DNA from: Vicugna vicugna
Taxonomy: Eukaryota
Reading direction: 5' to 3'
NCBI GenBank assembly: GCA_013265495.1
Contig: MU057403.1
Span: 225,965 to 289,964 of the forward strand
DNA: 64,000 bases
The position numbers and the translations under genes were made by a program. Numbering within the stretch: position 1 is the stretch's first letter; each line of letters starts with the position of its first letter. This document shows positions 12,626-26,867 of this stretch, in pieces. Under the pieces are notes generated by a model, which worked only from the letters and a program-made list of their open reading frames with translations, ran no database searches and was not told where the DNA came from.

Positions 12626-13349
12626 CTAGAAAATAATGGGTTTAAAAAAACCCAAAATGTTAATATATCCAACAATCATAAGTAGTACAAAAAGATATCT
12701 GAAAGTAAAAAGTATTCCTCTTTCAATAATGTAGTGGGAAACCAGGACATATCCATGATATGATACAACATCCTGAACAAAAAATACCTTCAACAATTTT
12801 ATTCATTCATCCACAACTGAAAGTTTAAAAAATAAATTAATTTAAAAAACTGTACAGCATGATGACTATTTTTACTAAACATACAATTTAAATTATTCTG
12901 GGTAACAAAAAGATATAAACTCTCAAATCAATTTTTTTAATTTAGCTGCAGATATTTTACATTTTCATTCATCTTTTCAATGTATTTCTACAGCTTAAGT
13001 TCACTAAATAATAATCACAATCACTTGAGAAGTCAAGAGCCCCAAGCTTGAGTCTTTCACTGAGGACTTACTAAATCAGTCTCAAAGGCAGTATCTGAGA
13101 ATCTGTATTTTATTGTTCCAAAGGTAATTTTTATGTAATCAGTCTAAACTGGAATTTGGAAATGACTACAGTTAAGTCTCACCTAACAAATCCCCCAAAT
13201 AGATTTCAAATGTGTCTGCTCTATCTCCTCCCCCAATGCAGGCCATCACCATGTGTCACTCAGTTACTGTAATGTAATTTTAACAAACTGATTACCTTAC
13301 TTTCAACTCAACCCATAAACTCCTTTTTCCCTTCTACTTCTGTTCCAGA

Positions 13350-14400
13350 TCAATGAAGGCCAAACGGGAAAACAAAACTTTAAAACTATCGTATGAAAAC
13401 ATAAGAAAATATCTTTTGGGATCTTGGGGTACAGAAAAATATCTTAAGACTTAAAAAAAGCAAAAATCATAAAAGAAAGTCAAGAATTTCAACTCCATCA
13501 AAATTTAAAACTTGTTTAATATAACACGACATTATCAAAGTTAAATTGTAAGCCAAAACCCAAGAGTAGATATTACAACAGATGTAACAGGCAAAAAATT
13601 AATATCCAAAATAAAGACTTTCTATACATCATTAAAAAATAGAAAAAGAAAGACAATCAGAGCAGCTAATAAACATACCAAAAATAAAAGGACTGACCCT
13701 CATTAGAAATCAAGAAAAGTAAAATTAAAATTAGATATTTCAAACCTATCAGTCACGAAAATTAAACTCCGACAATACCAAATATTGTCAGGAGATTAAA
13801 AATAAGAGCTTTCATATATTGCTGATGGAAAAGGAAATAATACAACTACTTAGCAAAGTTGAAGACGCACCTACTTCATAAGCCAAAAATACCACAGAAT
13901 ACACACACACACATACATATACACACACAGGAGAATGCAGACAAGGATACTACTTGATGCAGCATACTTGCTATAGTAAAAAAAAAAAATCAGAAAACCC
14001 AGATGTCCATTAGCTGGAAGACAGATAAATTACAGGATGTACTATTAGTGCATTGGAATATTACACAGCAATTAAAACAAATGAACTTGATTTATACATC
14101 TCATTATGAATAGATCTCAAACATGTTGTTGCAGGAAAAAAACAAGTGGGAGATGGTACCTAGAGTATACTGTTTATCAAAAAAGAACTTGCTGGACATA
14201 AAAAAAAGTATTTGGCATTATTTATGGCTACAAAGACAGTACAGTAAAAATATTATAGAAACATAAACTGAAAGGACACACAGGACAGCAGCTGCATCGG
14301 AAGAGGAGAGGAAAGATGTGTTAGCAAAGAGGGGAAGAAAAGGAGAAAGAACAAAGTAAGCTTCAGCTTCAGCCATAAAGTCCTATTTTTTTTTTTTATT
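13350..14400 (+). mobile_element. Highly diverged L1 3' fragment (L1M-type)
   Basis: A-rich sequence with L1 ORF2/3'UTR motifs such as cagatgtccattagctggaagacagataaat. Confidence 0.6.
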
Positions 14401-14489
14401 CTTAAATATCTTGGGGAGGGGGCAGAACAGAAGGAAGTATCAAGTAAGAGACCTCTCTTCCTCCCACGATCAGGAACTTAGAAGCGTAC

Positions 14490-14580
14490 CTTTTGCTAAA
14501 TCTTCTTCTTCTTTTTTGTTAGCCGCGGCACCAGGATCCTTGGCCACCAGAGCTGGACTTGCTTTTGCTTGTTCTGCAGC
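14490..14580 (-). CDS. STAM: STAM exon 6 (91 nt, AAEQAKASPALVAKDPGAAANKKEEEDLAK, start of UIM)
   Basis: gtag| acceptor, |gtacgc donor; UIM motif EEEDLAKAIELSL spans exons 6-7. Confidence 0.97.
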
Positions 14581-15529
14581 CTACCACAGAAAGAAGGAAA
14601 ACAATCTCTGAAAGGTGTTCTCAAATTTTCCTACCCCCAACTAATCTGAGAACTTGCAAGACCCTTCTCATCAATCTGCCACAGACTTCTGAGGAAGAAA
14701 GAAACCCGAACTGGAGCAGCCTCCACTTTGAAAGGAGGAGATGAGGCAGAACTGGAGAAAACAGACTGAAAGTATTTGGATACTTAGGCCCGACAGCCCG
14801 CTCACACTCTCCCAATCTGCATGAAGAGGTTCAACTAAAATCAGACAGTATGCAAACCAGAGAAGACGGACGAGAGGAGATTCAAACGTTTTTGGAAAAT
14901 TCTAAAACCAGAAAAGGGGGTGAAAGTGGGAAGGAGATGACTATTTTAAACACGAGTAGTTCTTAAATATCTATTCAAGAGTTATATTTCATTGTTTATT
15001 TCCAGATCAAAAGTCAGGATGTAGGATGTTATCTTTAGGAACCCAGGTTTATATAAATAATACAAATGCTTGTAAAATCATACTATTTTCTAAACCAAAA
15101 TACTAATAGTTAATTCTGACAAAAATTATTGTCCATCTTAAACACATTCTGTAAATAAGGTAGTGTACAAGTAAATAAATACATAAATTGATTAACACTT
15201 AACGGAAATTACAAGCTTCTAAGCCTCAATGGCCACTTAGATTTTGCAAGGCCACCAAGGCAAATCAGACCCCAGCCTCATTTTCAACCATTCTATCAGT
15301 TACCAGAAACTGCTAGCACACACATACACACTCACACACTCTTACACCTCTGACACACATTTCCTTCTACTTAAAATGTCCTCCCCTCTAGCTCCTTTTA
15401 TTCCACCCACATTTCTCCCTACTGAGTTTCAACTCACCACGTCAGTGAACAGCTAAAATAACACTTTCTCTATGAAACATTCCTAAACCCCTTAATTAAG
15501 CATTTCCTCTTCTGTGTTGCTCTGATAAC

Positions 15530-15740
15530 AAGGTACTGTGATATGGGTACTTAAGAATGCAAGTTGTAGAGTCAGGCAAGCATGGTTCACATCTCAGATT
15601 CATCACTTTCTAAAGCATGAACCTTGGGTACAGGAGTCTCTTTGTGCCTCAAGTTTCTCATCTACAAGGTGAGGGTGACAATGGTACCTACACACCAGAG
15701 GCTGTCGGGAGGATTTAATTAATACATATAGCTTCCAAAT
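15530..15740 (+). mobile_element. MIR SINE
   Basis: MIR core tgtgcctcaagtttctcatctacaagg. Confidence 0.65.
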
Positions 15741-17204
15741 CAGATGCGATGGGGGCCACTCAGGGTTTAAAACAGAATGTATCACCCTGTCTTCTGAGAT
15801 TTATAACGTATGGAGATGTAACACATGTCATACATATAACTACAGTATAAAGGATGCTCAAACCCTATGCAGTTACAAGGTTTCTATATTTTACATGGAA
15901 TAAACACACTATTAACTCAAAATAGATTGTGAAGAGTTACAAATATACACCATAATTACCAAGCAATCAATTAAAAAATGAAATTCTAAAAAATATTCAA
16001 ATTACCACACACACGGCACTTAGAACAGTGTCTGGTACATAGTAACAGGCAATAAATCTCAGCTTCTATTATAATTCTCTGCTTACATATCTGACTCCAT
16101 AACCAGGCTGTATTCAACATCATACTAAAATACAGTTCTATACTCTTTACTTAATATATTTTATAATGTCAAACAAATGCACAAGGCATTTATTTTTAGA
16201 AAAGTTGATTGGAAAAAAAGCTCACTGAAAAGAACTTTAAGCACCCTCAATTTGATCCATCTCTAATTGTAACCTTCCTTAGATAATAATGTTTTAATGA
16301 CCATACACTTCCAAAAATATAAGTATGCTTGGTCAGAGGCAACCTTTTTCATTGTATTTGAATATCTTTTTTCACAATTGGGTGCATTTCACAGAATGAT
16401 CTTTTGTGGTCTGTGAAGGGATCTGTGTTGGTCAAGAAGGAAGTGCAGAAACGAGCTATATTAAGCCCGACATTCCTGAACTGAGCTCCTTTCAAAGTTC
16501 CTTTCTATCATCAGGTTCCAAGTATAGCAACGATACTTGTCTTATTAACGAGTCAAATACAGTAGCAGAGCTAACGTTACTTTTATCTCTCTGTCAAAAG
16601 TCAGCATTAGGAGAACCACCGCAGCAAGAGTTAGGTGAATAAAATAGACTTTTCTTAATATTTTTATATTATTTTCTTCTGTACTTGGATGAAAAAATAT
16701 ACTTTAAAAAAATCCTTATGTTTTCAGAGGCTAACAAAGATCTAGTCTGATTAAGACATAGTAACAAATTAAAGAACTAAGTGACTAAAATTTGGAGGGA
16801 CTTCTGCAGTTGATCCCAGAGGATACATTTTTTCATTAAACACAAAGCTCTTTACAAACATGGTTTTCAATGAAAAGCTTTTCAGAAACTACTATTACAA
16901 AACAAAATCACCATTTTACCTCATCATAGTTCACTTTATATGCATTTTACGTATTTCTTGAAAGATGGCAACTATCCCAAAATGAGCTTTCACACATTTT
17001 ATAACATCTAGATGGGGAAACACAAAAAGTAACTCCTAACTTTAGTATTGCTGATCTATGTCCTTAATCTCTGGAACAGGAGGGTAATCTAACTCCGATG
17101 CCAATCAGTAAGTAAAAGCTCTTGCCAGTGTTCACTCCACTTCTTGTCCTTTGAAGCCTAGTCCGGACAGACACATATCCACTAACCTCTACGTCAAATG
17201 GAAG

Positions 17205-17400
17205 GCAGGATCGTGTAGTGGAAGGAACACTGGACTGAGAGTCAGGACGCCTGTGTTCTACTTCCAGCTCTGTCACCTACTAGCTGTGGCCCTGGGCAAG
17301 TCACTTAACCACTCTGGGTCTCAGTATCCTCATCTGTAAAATGAGGGGATTAGATGAGAGGATCCCTGAGTTGTCCCCACAACTATGAGATTTTAGGTTA
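17205..17400 (+). mobile_element. MIR/MIR3 SINE
   Basis: Core gctgtggccctgggcaagtcacttaaccactctgggtctcagtatcctcatctgtaaaatgagggg. Confidence 0.85.
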
Positions 17401-17516
17401 ACCCAACACAGCTACACATCAAACAGATCATTAGTTCTCCGTCCTTTTCTTACAGAACAAGCCCCGCTGTGGACTGAATATTCACTTTTCATTTGCACTG
17501 AAAGCTGTACTCAAGG

Positions 17517-17691
17517 ATAGCACTGCTCAAACTTTCACGTGCATACAGGATCATCCGGGGATCTTGTTAAAATGGAGATGGTGAATCCACTGGTTGGAGT
17601 GGCACATTTCCAAGTGAGTGAGATGGTCCAGTTCTAATAAGCTTCCAGGTGAAAATGAGGATGGTAAATGAATGACATTTTAAGTAACAAG
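17517..17691. mobile_element. MER5A-like hAT element
   Basis: ctcaaactttcacgtgcatacaggatcatccggggatcttgttaaaatg...ttctaataagcttccaggtga. Confidence 0.65.
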
Positions 17692-18932
17692 CTCTAGAAT
17701 AAGTTCTCAGGGTACAGAAACTACAATTCCATGAAGCGACTACTCTTTGGTTCTCAGTAGTGAGTCTACTCTTTGATAATTAAACATTGCTTCTATTGTC
17801 AAGGATATCTTATCATAAGATACCTTGGATTACTCTGCATAAAACTATTCCTTAATTATACAGATTTTAGAAATTATTCTGGGAGTAGTAAAAGCCAGCT
17901 GTCATTTATAGATGAATTCTTCTCAAAGACATGATTTATCATCATAAAACTATTACTAAATCAAATTTTTTCAAGTAAGAGTAAAAATATCCTTTTTCTC
18001 CTTCATCTCCAAAATATATTTCTGGGTCTTCACATCTCAAGAGTACTCAGATAAACTAGAAGTGCCTTGGGAAGAAAGTCTAGAGGAGCCTGGATGAATC
18101 ATTCCGTAATTCCCTTGAAGTGGTTGAAACCCCAAATGTGTGCCCTGCATAACTGAAGAGTGTTTTCTGCTCGTGTTTTCACATCACTCACTATGCCCTA
18201 CCCAAGTCCATATAGTGGGGAAAGACAGCTTAGTGAACCAGCAAACATTTTAAGCCTACTTGGCTAGTTGGACATACTAAAGGATGGTTACCCAGAATAG
18301 GAAAAGAATAAGAATCTTTCGGTTTTTTTCTGTATGACATAAATTAGAGATTGATTCCATAATATAAAATTTTTTTTAAAGGCAAGTTAAGCCTTTCAGT
18401 CAACCATACTTATTAGGAGAAAGAAAGAAGACTTAGCCCTTATTAAGGGAAAAGATGTTTCATATGCTTCTCTTCCCAATGACCCCCTTATATCTCCTTC
18501 CCATTTTTAATACAAGTACTCATAAATTTCAAAATCAAAAGAACCTCTAAATACATCCTTAAATTTTAAGGAATCCTGGTTTTCGTGCCGTCATTCTTTG
18601 CAGATAAAATTACAGCATTAAGAGCATTTAACAAGAACGTCAGTATTAATAAAGCAGTTTTGTCAGTATTATTAAAATTATATAAAATATTAAAAATCAC
18701 AAAATGTCAAATGAATTCATTTATAAAGGAGGAGAAGGTGAGGAAACGAAAGCTCGAACACATTAATATTTCACTATATTTCTCTGGCACTTTTATATGC
18801 AAGATTCTTATTAGCAAAAATACCTCTGGAGTAGTAAAAACTACCCAGGCTTGGAGAAAAAAGAAAATTCAAATAAACATGGCTACTTTAGAGAAACAAA
18901 CTGTAGCACACACACAACTTTATCTAAAATAC

Positions 18933-19079
18933 CTGGGAGCCAATAGCTGGGAACGTAACTCCTTGTTCCTTAAGGTTTTTAATCATTGCTGATATTAGAC
19001 TAAGCTGTGGATCATTCTTAAATTCATCGGTCCATTCAACCATGAGAGCCTTTAATTTTTCACATACTTTAGGATGACC
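18933..19079 (-). CDS. STAM: STAM exon 5 (147 nt, end of [52 protein letters not shown])
   Basis: tttag| acceptor, |gtattt donor. Confidence 0.97.
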
Positions 19080-20146
19080 CTAAACAACAGGAAAAAATTT
19101 AATAAAAAGCACTAATTTCCTGGCTAATGATTTAATATGGATACCTTAAATATAAAAATGTTTCAGATCTCTTTTTAAATCATGAATTATCCCTAGCTAC
19201 AGACAACGCATAAGAAAATACAGTTAATGGAAATAAACTAATTTTATTTTCACACTATTAAAAAAAAAAACAGAAGACACCATTACATGTCTCACATCAA
19301 ATTAAAACATTAAATATATAACTTATTTTGGAGGTCAGAAAGACAGGACTTTTCAGAGTATTTTGAAACTAAGCAAGCATTGTATATGAGAAAGACAAAG
19401 AAAAGTTGTTTTGTTTTCTGCAGACCAATACAAACTAACTTGGAAAGAGAGAATAAATATTACAATTTCTTTATTCCTAATTCCTGACTTTAAACGTGCA
19501 TGACTGTTTTCTCCAAGTTACTTAATTATCTGAGGCCTGGCTTGAGATCCATTACATGTCAGTATTCCTGGAAACTTCATTTCTTCAAAGTACATTCTCC
19601 CTTTAATTATAAAACCAACATGTTCACTGTAAAATATTAGAAAATAAAGAGAAGTTCTTTCTTCTATAAGTAACTGCTTGCTTTTCAAAACAGTTGTCCA
19701 TGTTACTAAATAATGAGTATAGATTTTCAACTAAATTAAATTAAACATTATATTAGAATCTCTTCACAAACAGTTGTACATTTTGATGAACATTCAGGAT
19801 ATCAAAAGAATTGCTTTTAAGTACTAGCAAATACCTAAATATAACTGAATAAAGCAGAACAGGAAAAAAATTATTATATAACCATAACGTTTTAAAAGAA
19901 GTACAAAATTTTAAATTCTTATTTCATTTCTGTACTGTTCCCTACTAAAATCTGGAGATACTCATTTTTCCCAAAAAACATGAAGCATTTTCCCTTTTAA
20001 CATTGTTTTTCTTGACATATAACACCCCACCACAAAAAAAGGCCAGAAATAATTACCTTTAGAATGTATGAATTTTTACTGAGAAAACTCACATATTACT
20101 TAGCAAATTAAATTTTTTAAATTCCCTAAATTGCTTGTTTTGAATT

Positions 20147-20277
20147 GTTTATTTGTTTGTTTGTTTGGGGGAGTAATTAGTTTATTTATTTAAATGGAGG
20201 AACTGGGGACTGAACCCAGGACCTCAACCTTGTGCATGCTAGGCACGTGCTCTACCACTGAGCTATACCCTCCTCCC
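20147..20277 (-). mobile_element. tRNA-Ala-derived SINE (camelid Vic-1-like)
   Basis: Reverse complement of gggaggagggtatagctcagtggtagagcacgtgcctagcatgcac...ctgggttcagtccccag plus AT-rich tail. Confidence 0.85.
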
Positions 20278-20785
20278 TGGATCTGAATTCTTAACATTCA
20301 GTTAAGCAGATAGTATAATATTAAAATCCTGTGATGGTTAGGTAGTGGCCTTATTCATGTCAAGATGAAAACTTAACAGTGCCACATTTCGTTCAGTATT
20401 TCTGAACAGTCTCAAACCAGGAAAATATCTCTGTGTCTGAAAAAAAAAATGGTTACAAAAGCTGTGCCTAAAGTAAACTGGCACCTCTTAATCAGATAGG
20501 AAATGCACACATTTTTCATCAGAAGAAAGGAATGATGAAGAAAAGAGGTTAAATATATTCTAACCTGGCTTGACAAAAACTAATCCTCTAAGTTAAATAA
20601 ATTCGTAGTCTCTTCAGCAAAAATATACCATGTACTTATATACGGGATAGAAATAGCATAGAAAGAGTTTTTTTTAAAAAAAGCACGAACTAATCCTTTG
20701 TGATTAAAAATGTGAAGAACTGAACAAAAAAATACATGAAGAAAGAAGACAGTCTTAATTCATTTCTGGAAATAGTGTTCCTTAC

Positions 20786-20881
20786 CTTGTTTAAGACGTT
20801 GCTTACTTCACTAGCAAAATCTCTCGAACATACTTCTAAGTGAAAAATTTTGCCACAGTTTGATACGCATGCTCCTAGAAG
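20786..20881 (-). CDS. STAM: STAM exon 4 (96 nt, [35 protein letters not shown])
   Basis: ttttag| acceptor, |gtaag donor. Confidence 0.97.
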
Positions 20882-20962
20882 CTAAAAGCATAAAATGAGA
20901 AGTTAAAAGGGCTCAATTTCAGCAGACAATTGTGAGATAGATCTTAAAATGAAATCACTCAC

Positions 20963-21038
20963 AGTCAGAGCTTGCATAGCAACATGAGGATCTTTATGGT
21001 TCACCCTCCTCATAACTGACCGAAGACAATCTTTAGGT
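20963..21038 (-). CDS. STAM: STAM exon 3 (76 nt, [28 protein letters not shown])
   Basis: ttttttag| acceptor, |gtgagt donor, frame continuous. Confidence 0.97.
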
Positions 21039-21299
21039 CTAAAAAATGAGAAATGTAAAGATTAGTAGTACACTCTACCTTATTGTCTCTAACTATAAAA
21101 GGCAATAGATATTATACAAAAGGGACAATATGGTAGAGAAGTTTAATTTTTACTAACGACACAATCGAAAAACTATACATTAAAAAGTTCCATAAAATTT
21201 TTCAAACAAAATTAATAGGCTCCCTTCCTTAGCAATCCTTTAGGCATTCTGGGCTAATTCTGGGTGAAAAGTTTTGAAAATAAAGTACAAGACTAAGAC

Positions 21300-22260
21300 T
21301 TTCACTTCCAGTCATGATGGACTACCTGCAACGAGACTTATACTCCTGCTGTAAACAATCAGAAAACTGGAAAAATATATTTAAAGTATTTTCGGGACAT
21401 TAGGCCACAGGTAGTGCTGAACAATGATCTCTAAGAACGAATACAAACTAGATAAACCAGACATTTGCCTCAACTTTCTACCCAGAGGCACTTTCCAGAG
21501 ATGGAATAAGCTTTCTGCCTAAGGCAGTTTCTGGATCTCAGTGCAGAGGGGATCCCAAGGAGACAGCGGTGATCTCACTAAGTTGAGGAGACAGAACCCG
21601 GACTTCCGGCAGGCTATGGGAACTAGACTTTGTAGGACAGGGTACAAGGAGCTATATGAAGAAAGAGTCCTAGATACCTGTATAGGGGTTCACTTTAGGT
21701 CTGTTGTGGAAAAATCCAGAAGGCTGGGCAAAAAGTGACTGAGAGCTTTACACTAAAGGGTTCCCAAAGCTTCCACAGTTGTCAGAGCTCATACCAAAGT
21801 GGAGAGTCCTTATAGCAGAGGGCTTAGACCTTGGTAACAGGGCTATACTATCCCAAGATTATTCTAAATCCATCCTATAACAGCTTAAAAATAAGCCACA
21901 GAAGGAAGGATCAAGTTGACCTAAGTGTCACAACTTCTGACAGAATAAAATCCAATACTTTTTAACAGGAATACAACAAAATCTGGCATTCAACAAAACC
22001 TGGCATTCAACAATATAAAATCCATAATACTAAACACTCAATCAAAAATTACTGGATAAGACATGAAACAGGACAAAGTGATACATAACTAGAAGAAAAT
22101 TTAGTCAAATGAAAATGTAGAAATTTTATACGCTATTCTAAGTATGCTCAAGGATGTATAAGAAATCATCAACATAACAAGTAAAGAGGTGGTATGTAAA
22201 AAAGAACCCAATACAACTTCAGGAAAGAAAAATATATAAAATTAACTAGTTAATTAACTA
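21300..22260 (+). mobile_element. Diverged L1 5'UTR/ORF1-like fragment
   Basis: Resembles old L1M 5' ends (cacttccagtcatgatgg...); A-rich. Confidence 0.45.
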
Positions 22261-22294
22261 ATGGGATGAAATTAATCTGATCAAAATGGAAGGA

Positions 22295-23340
22295 CACATC
22301 TAATATGGGATTAATAACCAGAATATACAAAGAAGTCCTACATCTCAAAAACAACAAAAAATAACAACCCAATTCAAAAACATTCAAACGCAGGACTTGA
22401 ACAGACATTTCTCCAAAGAATATGCATAAATGGCAAAAAAGCACATGAAAAAGCATTCAACATCATTAGGGAAAGGCAAATGAAATCACAATGAGATACC
22501 ACTTCACACCTATTAGGATGGCTAATTTTTTTTTCTAAAGCTATCAGTGATACTGTCATCACTTTTTTCTTTTCTTATCTTATCTTATCTTCTGAACCAA
22601 CTTGGGCACATTATTATCAACCAAAGTCCAAAAGGTTCACTACTGCTGTACGTTCTACAGGTTTTGACAAATGCATAATGACATGTAGCCACCACTATAG
22701 TATCATACAGAATAATTTCATTGCCCTAAAAATCCCTTGCGTTCCATCTATTCATTCCTCCCTCCGTCTTCCCAAATCCCTGGAAAAGAAAGAAAAAAAG
22801 GGAAAATACGAAGTGGTGGGGACGTGGGAAAACTGGAACCTTTATGCATTGCGGTGGTAATGCAAAACGGTGTAGCCACTGTTGAAAAGTTTAATAGTTC
22901 CTCAAAAACTTAGATGTAAAATTACCATATGATCCAGTAACTCCACTTCTGTGGATAGACCCAAAAGAATGAAAGCAGGAATTCAAGAAGACATTTGTAC
23001 ATCCATCCTTTGAGCAGCATTATTCACAATAGCCAAATCTCCATTAACAGATGAGCAGATAAACAAAACACAGTGCAATATCATTTAGCCTGAGGGAATG
23101 AAATTCCAACACATGCTACAAAATGGCTGGACCCTGCTAACATACTTAGTTATAAGCCAGACACAAAAAGATAAATGTTACATGATTCCACTTATGTGAG
23201 GTACTCAAAACAGGCAAATTTGTGGAGATAGAACATAGAACAGAAGTCACCAGTGGCCAAGAGGAGGGGAAAATGGATAGTTATTATTTAATGCATACAG
23301 AGCTTCCATTTGGGATGAGGAAGTTCTGAAAATGGGCAGT
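22295..23340 (+). mobile_element. L1MB-like ORF2 end and 3'UTR, interrupted at about 22540-22782 by an opposite-strand L1MC-like 3' fragment
   Basis: gacttgaacagacatttctccaaagaa, atgagataccacttcacacctattaggatggcta, gcagcattattcacaatagccaaa. Confidence 0.8.
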
Positions 23341-26300
23341 TGGACACACATACCAAAAAAACAACAACCAACCAAAAAAAAACATTAACAAGTCATCAGA
23401 AATACAACGAGCCCTGGAAAAATTGGCCAGTAAGAATTATCCTAAAAAATTTCTTTAAGAATTGAAAATACAATTACTAAGAACTGTGATAAACAGAAAA
23501 AAAATTTAATAGGGAAAAATTAGAATAAGAAACAGAGTTTCTGTTTCTAAGGATGTTTCATTGCCTGTTGGGAAGTCTTCCACCTAAAGAGCATGAAGAA
23601 AAGAGGGGAAAAAATTGAATTTATTGAATACCTATTATATGTCACACATTCAACTCATGATTCTGCAGCTCTTACTTTATTGATTTTGTATTAAAAGTAT
23701 CTAATAGCAGCATCATTAAACTGAAGAAATAATATAACATTACTACTTAGACTTTTGCCTTTTTTACAGTTGGATTTATTTTAGGAGCCAGAATCTGTGA
23801 ACCCATGCTGATTTTTGCAGGTGTGACAACCATGTTGGCAAACACAAAATTATCATTTCAAGGTACTGGCAGAGGCCAAATATAAAAGGGATTATATGAA
23901 CACTAAAATTAAAATTCATTTAAAAATAATAATCCAAAGATGATTCAGCTCAGTGAATTAAAACATTTCAGAAAATAATCTTCAATATTTGCTTTACCAC
24001 CAAATTTTAAATGAAATTTCTGACGTACTGTTCATAAACCACCTTTGTTTTAAAAGAAGTCTAAACTGGGGTGACTTCTGGAAAGGGGTGTGGAGAAAGG
24101 GGCTTTGAAATGGAACTTTTACTTTTCATTTCAGTCATTTCTACACTGTTTTAATGTTTTTCCCAATTTTAAAAACCAAAGATGTGTCTGGCACCAAAAA
24201 GTCAGCTATTTACAATCATAAAAAGGATAATGCCACAAAAAGCCAACTAGAATGCTTATAAGTGTTGATGAACACTTTATGTATGTCAATACAGCGGTAT
24301 CTTTTTAGATATAATAAGCCAAAAAAAAAGTCCCTTCAGAACTGTGTATAAAACTGGCACTATTAAACAGCAGAAGTGACCCACAAAAATCTAGTATTAA
24401 CTATCTCATTCTGTTTCGTGTTATTTTTTCAATTCAGTTTTTCAGTACTTCCACAAGATGATAAATAAAATACAGAAGTGAAGTATATTTATAAATATTT
24501 TATTACTAAATCTTACAATTCAACCAAAGATTATGGCTAAAAGACTTTAACAGGTTTACGAGTTAGAAGTAAATTTAAAGTAGGTGTTCCTATGACTTTC
24601 ATCCTCTTACTGGTAAATGAAAGTTGTCTACAAACACAGTGTCTGTATCATTTATCACCTATACAAGGACCCTTTTGATAGTGGAAGGGGGTGCTAACTG
24701 GACACAACACAGGAACAGCAGGCATTCAGTGAAATTATTCAAGGCAAACTGGAGGTAGAGTCACCCCAGCCAAAACCATGTTTATCCAAAAAACTGTCTT
24801 TTTTATGCATAGATCATGGGAGTAAGAAAAAAAAAAAGCTGTACTTTCATCTAGTCATGACTTCTAATGTCTTTTTCTCAAATCCTGCACCAGATAAGAA
24901 AACAGACATCGTAGGAATGGACGCAGCTGCCTTGGCCTGGGTCTGCTTTGATGAACTAAAGCATCAAAGTCAAAGTCATTATTCACAAGCACAGCACAAC
25001 AATCCAGCTCAATAAACTGTACTGTGGGCTTCAAAGAAAACAGAGTTCTACGAGGGGGCTCTTCTCCATCAAATCCTCTCTACGATAACCACTCTCAGTC
25101 TTTCAGTTTCTATGCCTTCAACATGGTCAATGCTCAGTAAAAAGTCACTGAGCTAAACAGAAAAAACACTGCTTTGCACTGTTGTACAATAATTAGTACT
25201 TAGAATAATTGAATAATCTTCATTATAAAACTTTATTACCAACTTCTGCATCTTCCACTGAATTTGCTTTCTATGTGTATATGCTCTCAAAAAATTTATG
25301 TCTGAAAATCACAAGATAAGGGGGAAAATGCACATTAAGTAGTGCTGGGAGGAGCACAGGATGTGAGGAGACTGATGGTATATTTAAATGAAGCATTTTG
25401 TAAAAACACCGGCTACAATAAAACCTTCATGTGCATGCAGAGGAGTTTACCAATGGTTTCCATCACCTACCTTTTGTAAAGGGTAGTCAAATCCTCATCT
25501 CTCTCAAAAACCTTCTCAAAACTCTATTTTGGTATTTTAAAACTTTTTCTAAGCCTTATCCTCTCTTTTTCTTATCTTGAGATGGGAAACCAAAAAAGAT
25601 GGGGGTCAAGGGTAGGGACAAGAGCAAGGGAAGGAGAACTTCCTCTCACCTTTCCCAGTTTTCCAACCCAAAATAACTTTCTCTTAATTTACCATGTGAT
25701 AAATGACCATAGCACAAATCATACCGCTTTAAAATATAATGGAACAGTACTGTTTCCTAGGGTTTGTTTCTGAAGTCAGGATATAAAGCAAAAATTGCAG
25801 TTAATCAATTTTCCTTGATTAGGGAGTTACTGTTGGAGAACATACTCTGCCATCTCTCAGACTGCTCAATACAGGCAACTTTTCCTCAATTATGAAAGCA
25901 AAAACTGCTACTTGGAGCACCAGGTGAAGAAGCTGGCTTGTCTATAGGGCCATGTTGTTTAAAACATGCATACTCTGAGCAAGAGTCATACTCAGTGTAC
26001 AGAAATAGTCACACTCCTTAAGAGAAGTGAAAACTAATTGTGAGAGCATGAAGAGCTCACTAAGTGGACAGAAGGACAAGTTTTTAAGAAAAATAAAATT
26101 GAGGAGGCTGCAAAAGAATACAGTTAAACTCAGGAAGTTAAATATGTATATGATGCAGCTCAGATCAATAGTAATAGGACAAAGAAAACGAGAACTAATT
26201 TTGTATTTCTGCAATTCTCTTCTCAGAGAATAATGAAGTTTCAAATCTCTCTGAATAGTCCTGAGTACATTTCCAAAACTGTCATCACATTATTTATAAA

Positions 26301-26867
26301 TGTCTGTCTTAAGCATACTTATAAGTATGCTGTTGTACAGTTATGATAGATAAATAGCTCAGCATGAAGTCTTTCCATAATATATAAGGAGAAAGCCAAA
26401 AATATTAAATGATTTTGTTGGACAAAGGAGTCAAGCTTTGTGAGATCTCATGCTTTATAAAACTTCTTTAATCTCTTATTTCAAATATGTCTCACCTCTA
26501 CATCTCATTCGAAAAGTAGTTTTTGTACTATAAAAATAATAGGTCAAACTATTAACCTATTTTAAATGCTTGAGGAAATGATTGCCACTGAAAAGGCAGT
26601 GAATTTAAATTCTAATTATTGCATCTATTACTAAAGCAATGATTTTTAGATCAGTCAACTTTTCAAAATGAGGATACTCTCTCTTCATTATCCTCCTTCA
26701 AGGGACCTAACAGAAGAACAATAGAACCTCTTCCTTAAAGTACTGCAAACATAAAAAAATATATATATATATATATAATAATAACAATAATAATAATACA
26801 TGGCTAATGAACTTGCATAGTTAACTTCTCATCACCTGAGGCAGGACTGAAAAGATACAAAGATAAT

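Noticed and set aside
17800..17827. Quasi-palindrome caaggatatcttat-c-ataagataccttg, and other short hairpins at 22240 and 23528
   Set aside because: Too short and AT-rich for a pre-miRNA or structured RNA; compatible with chance.
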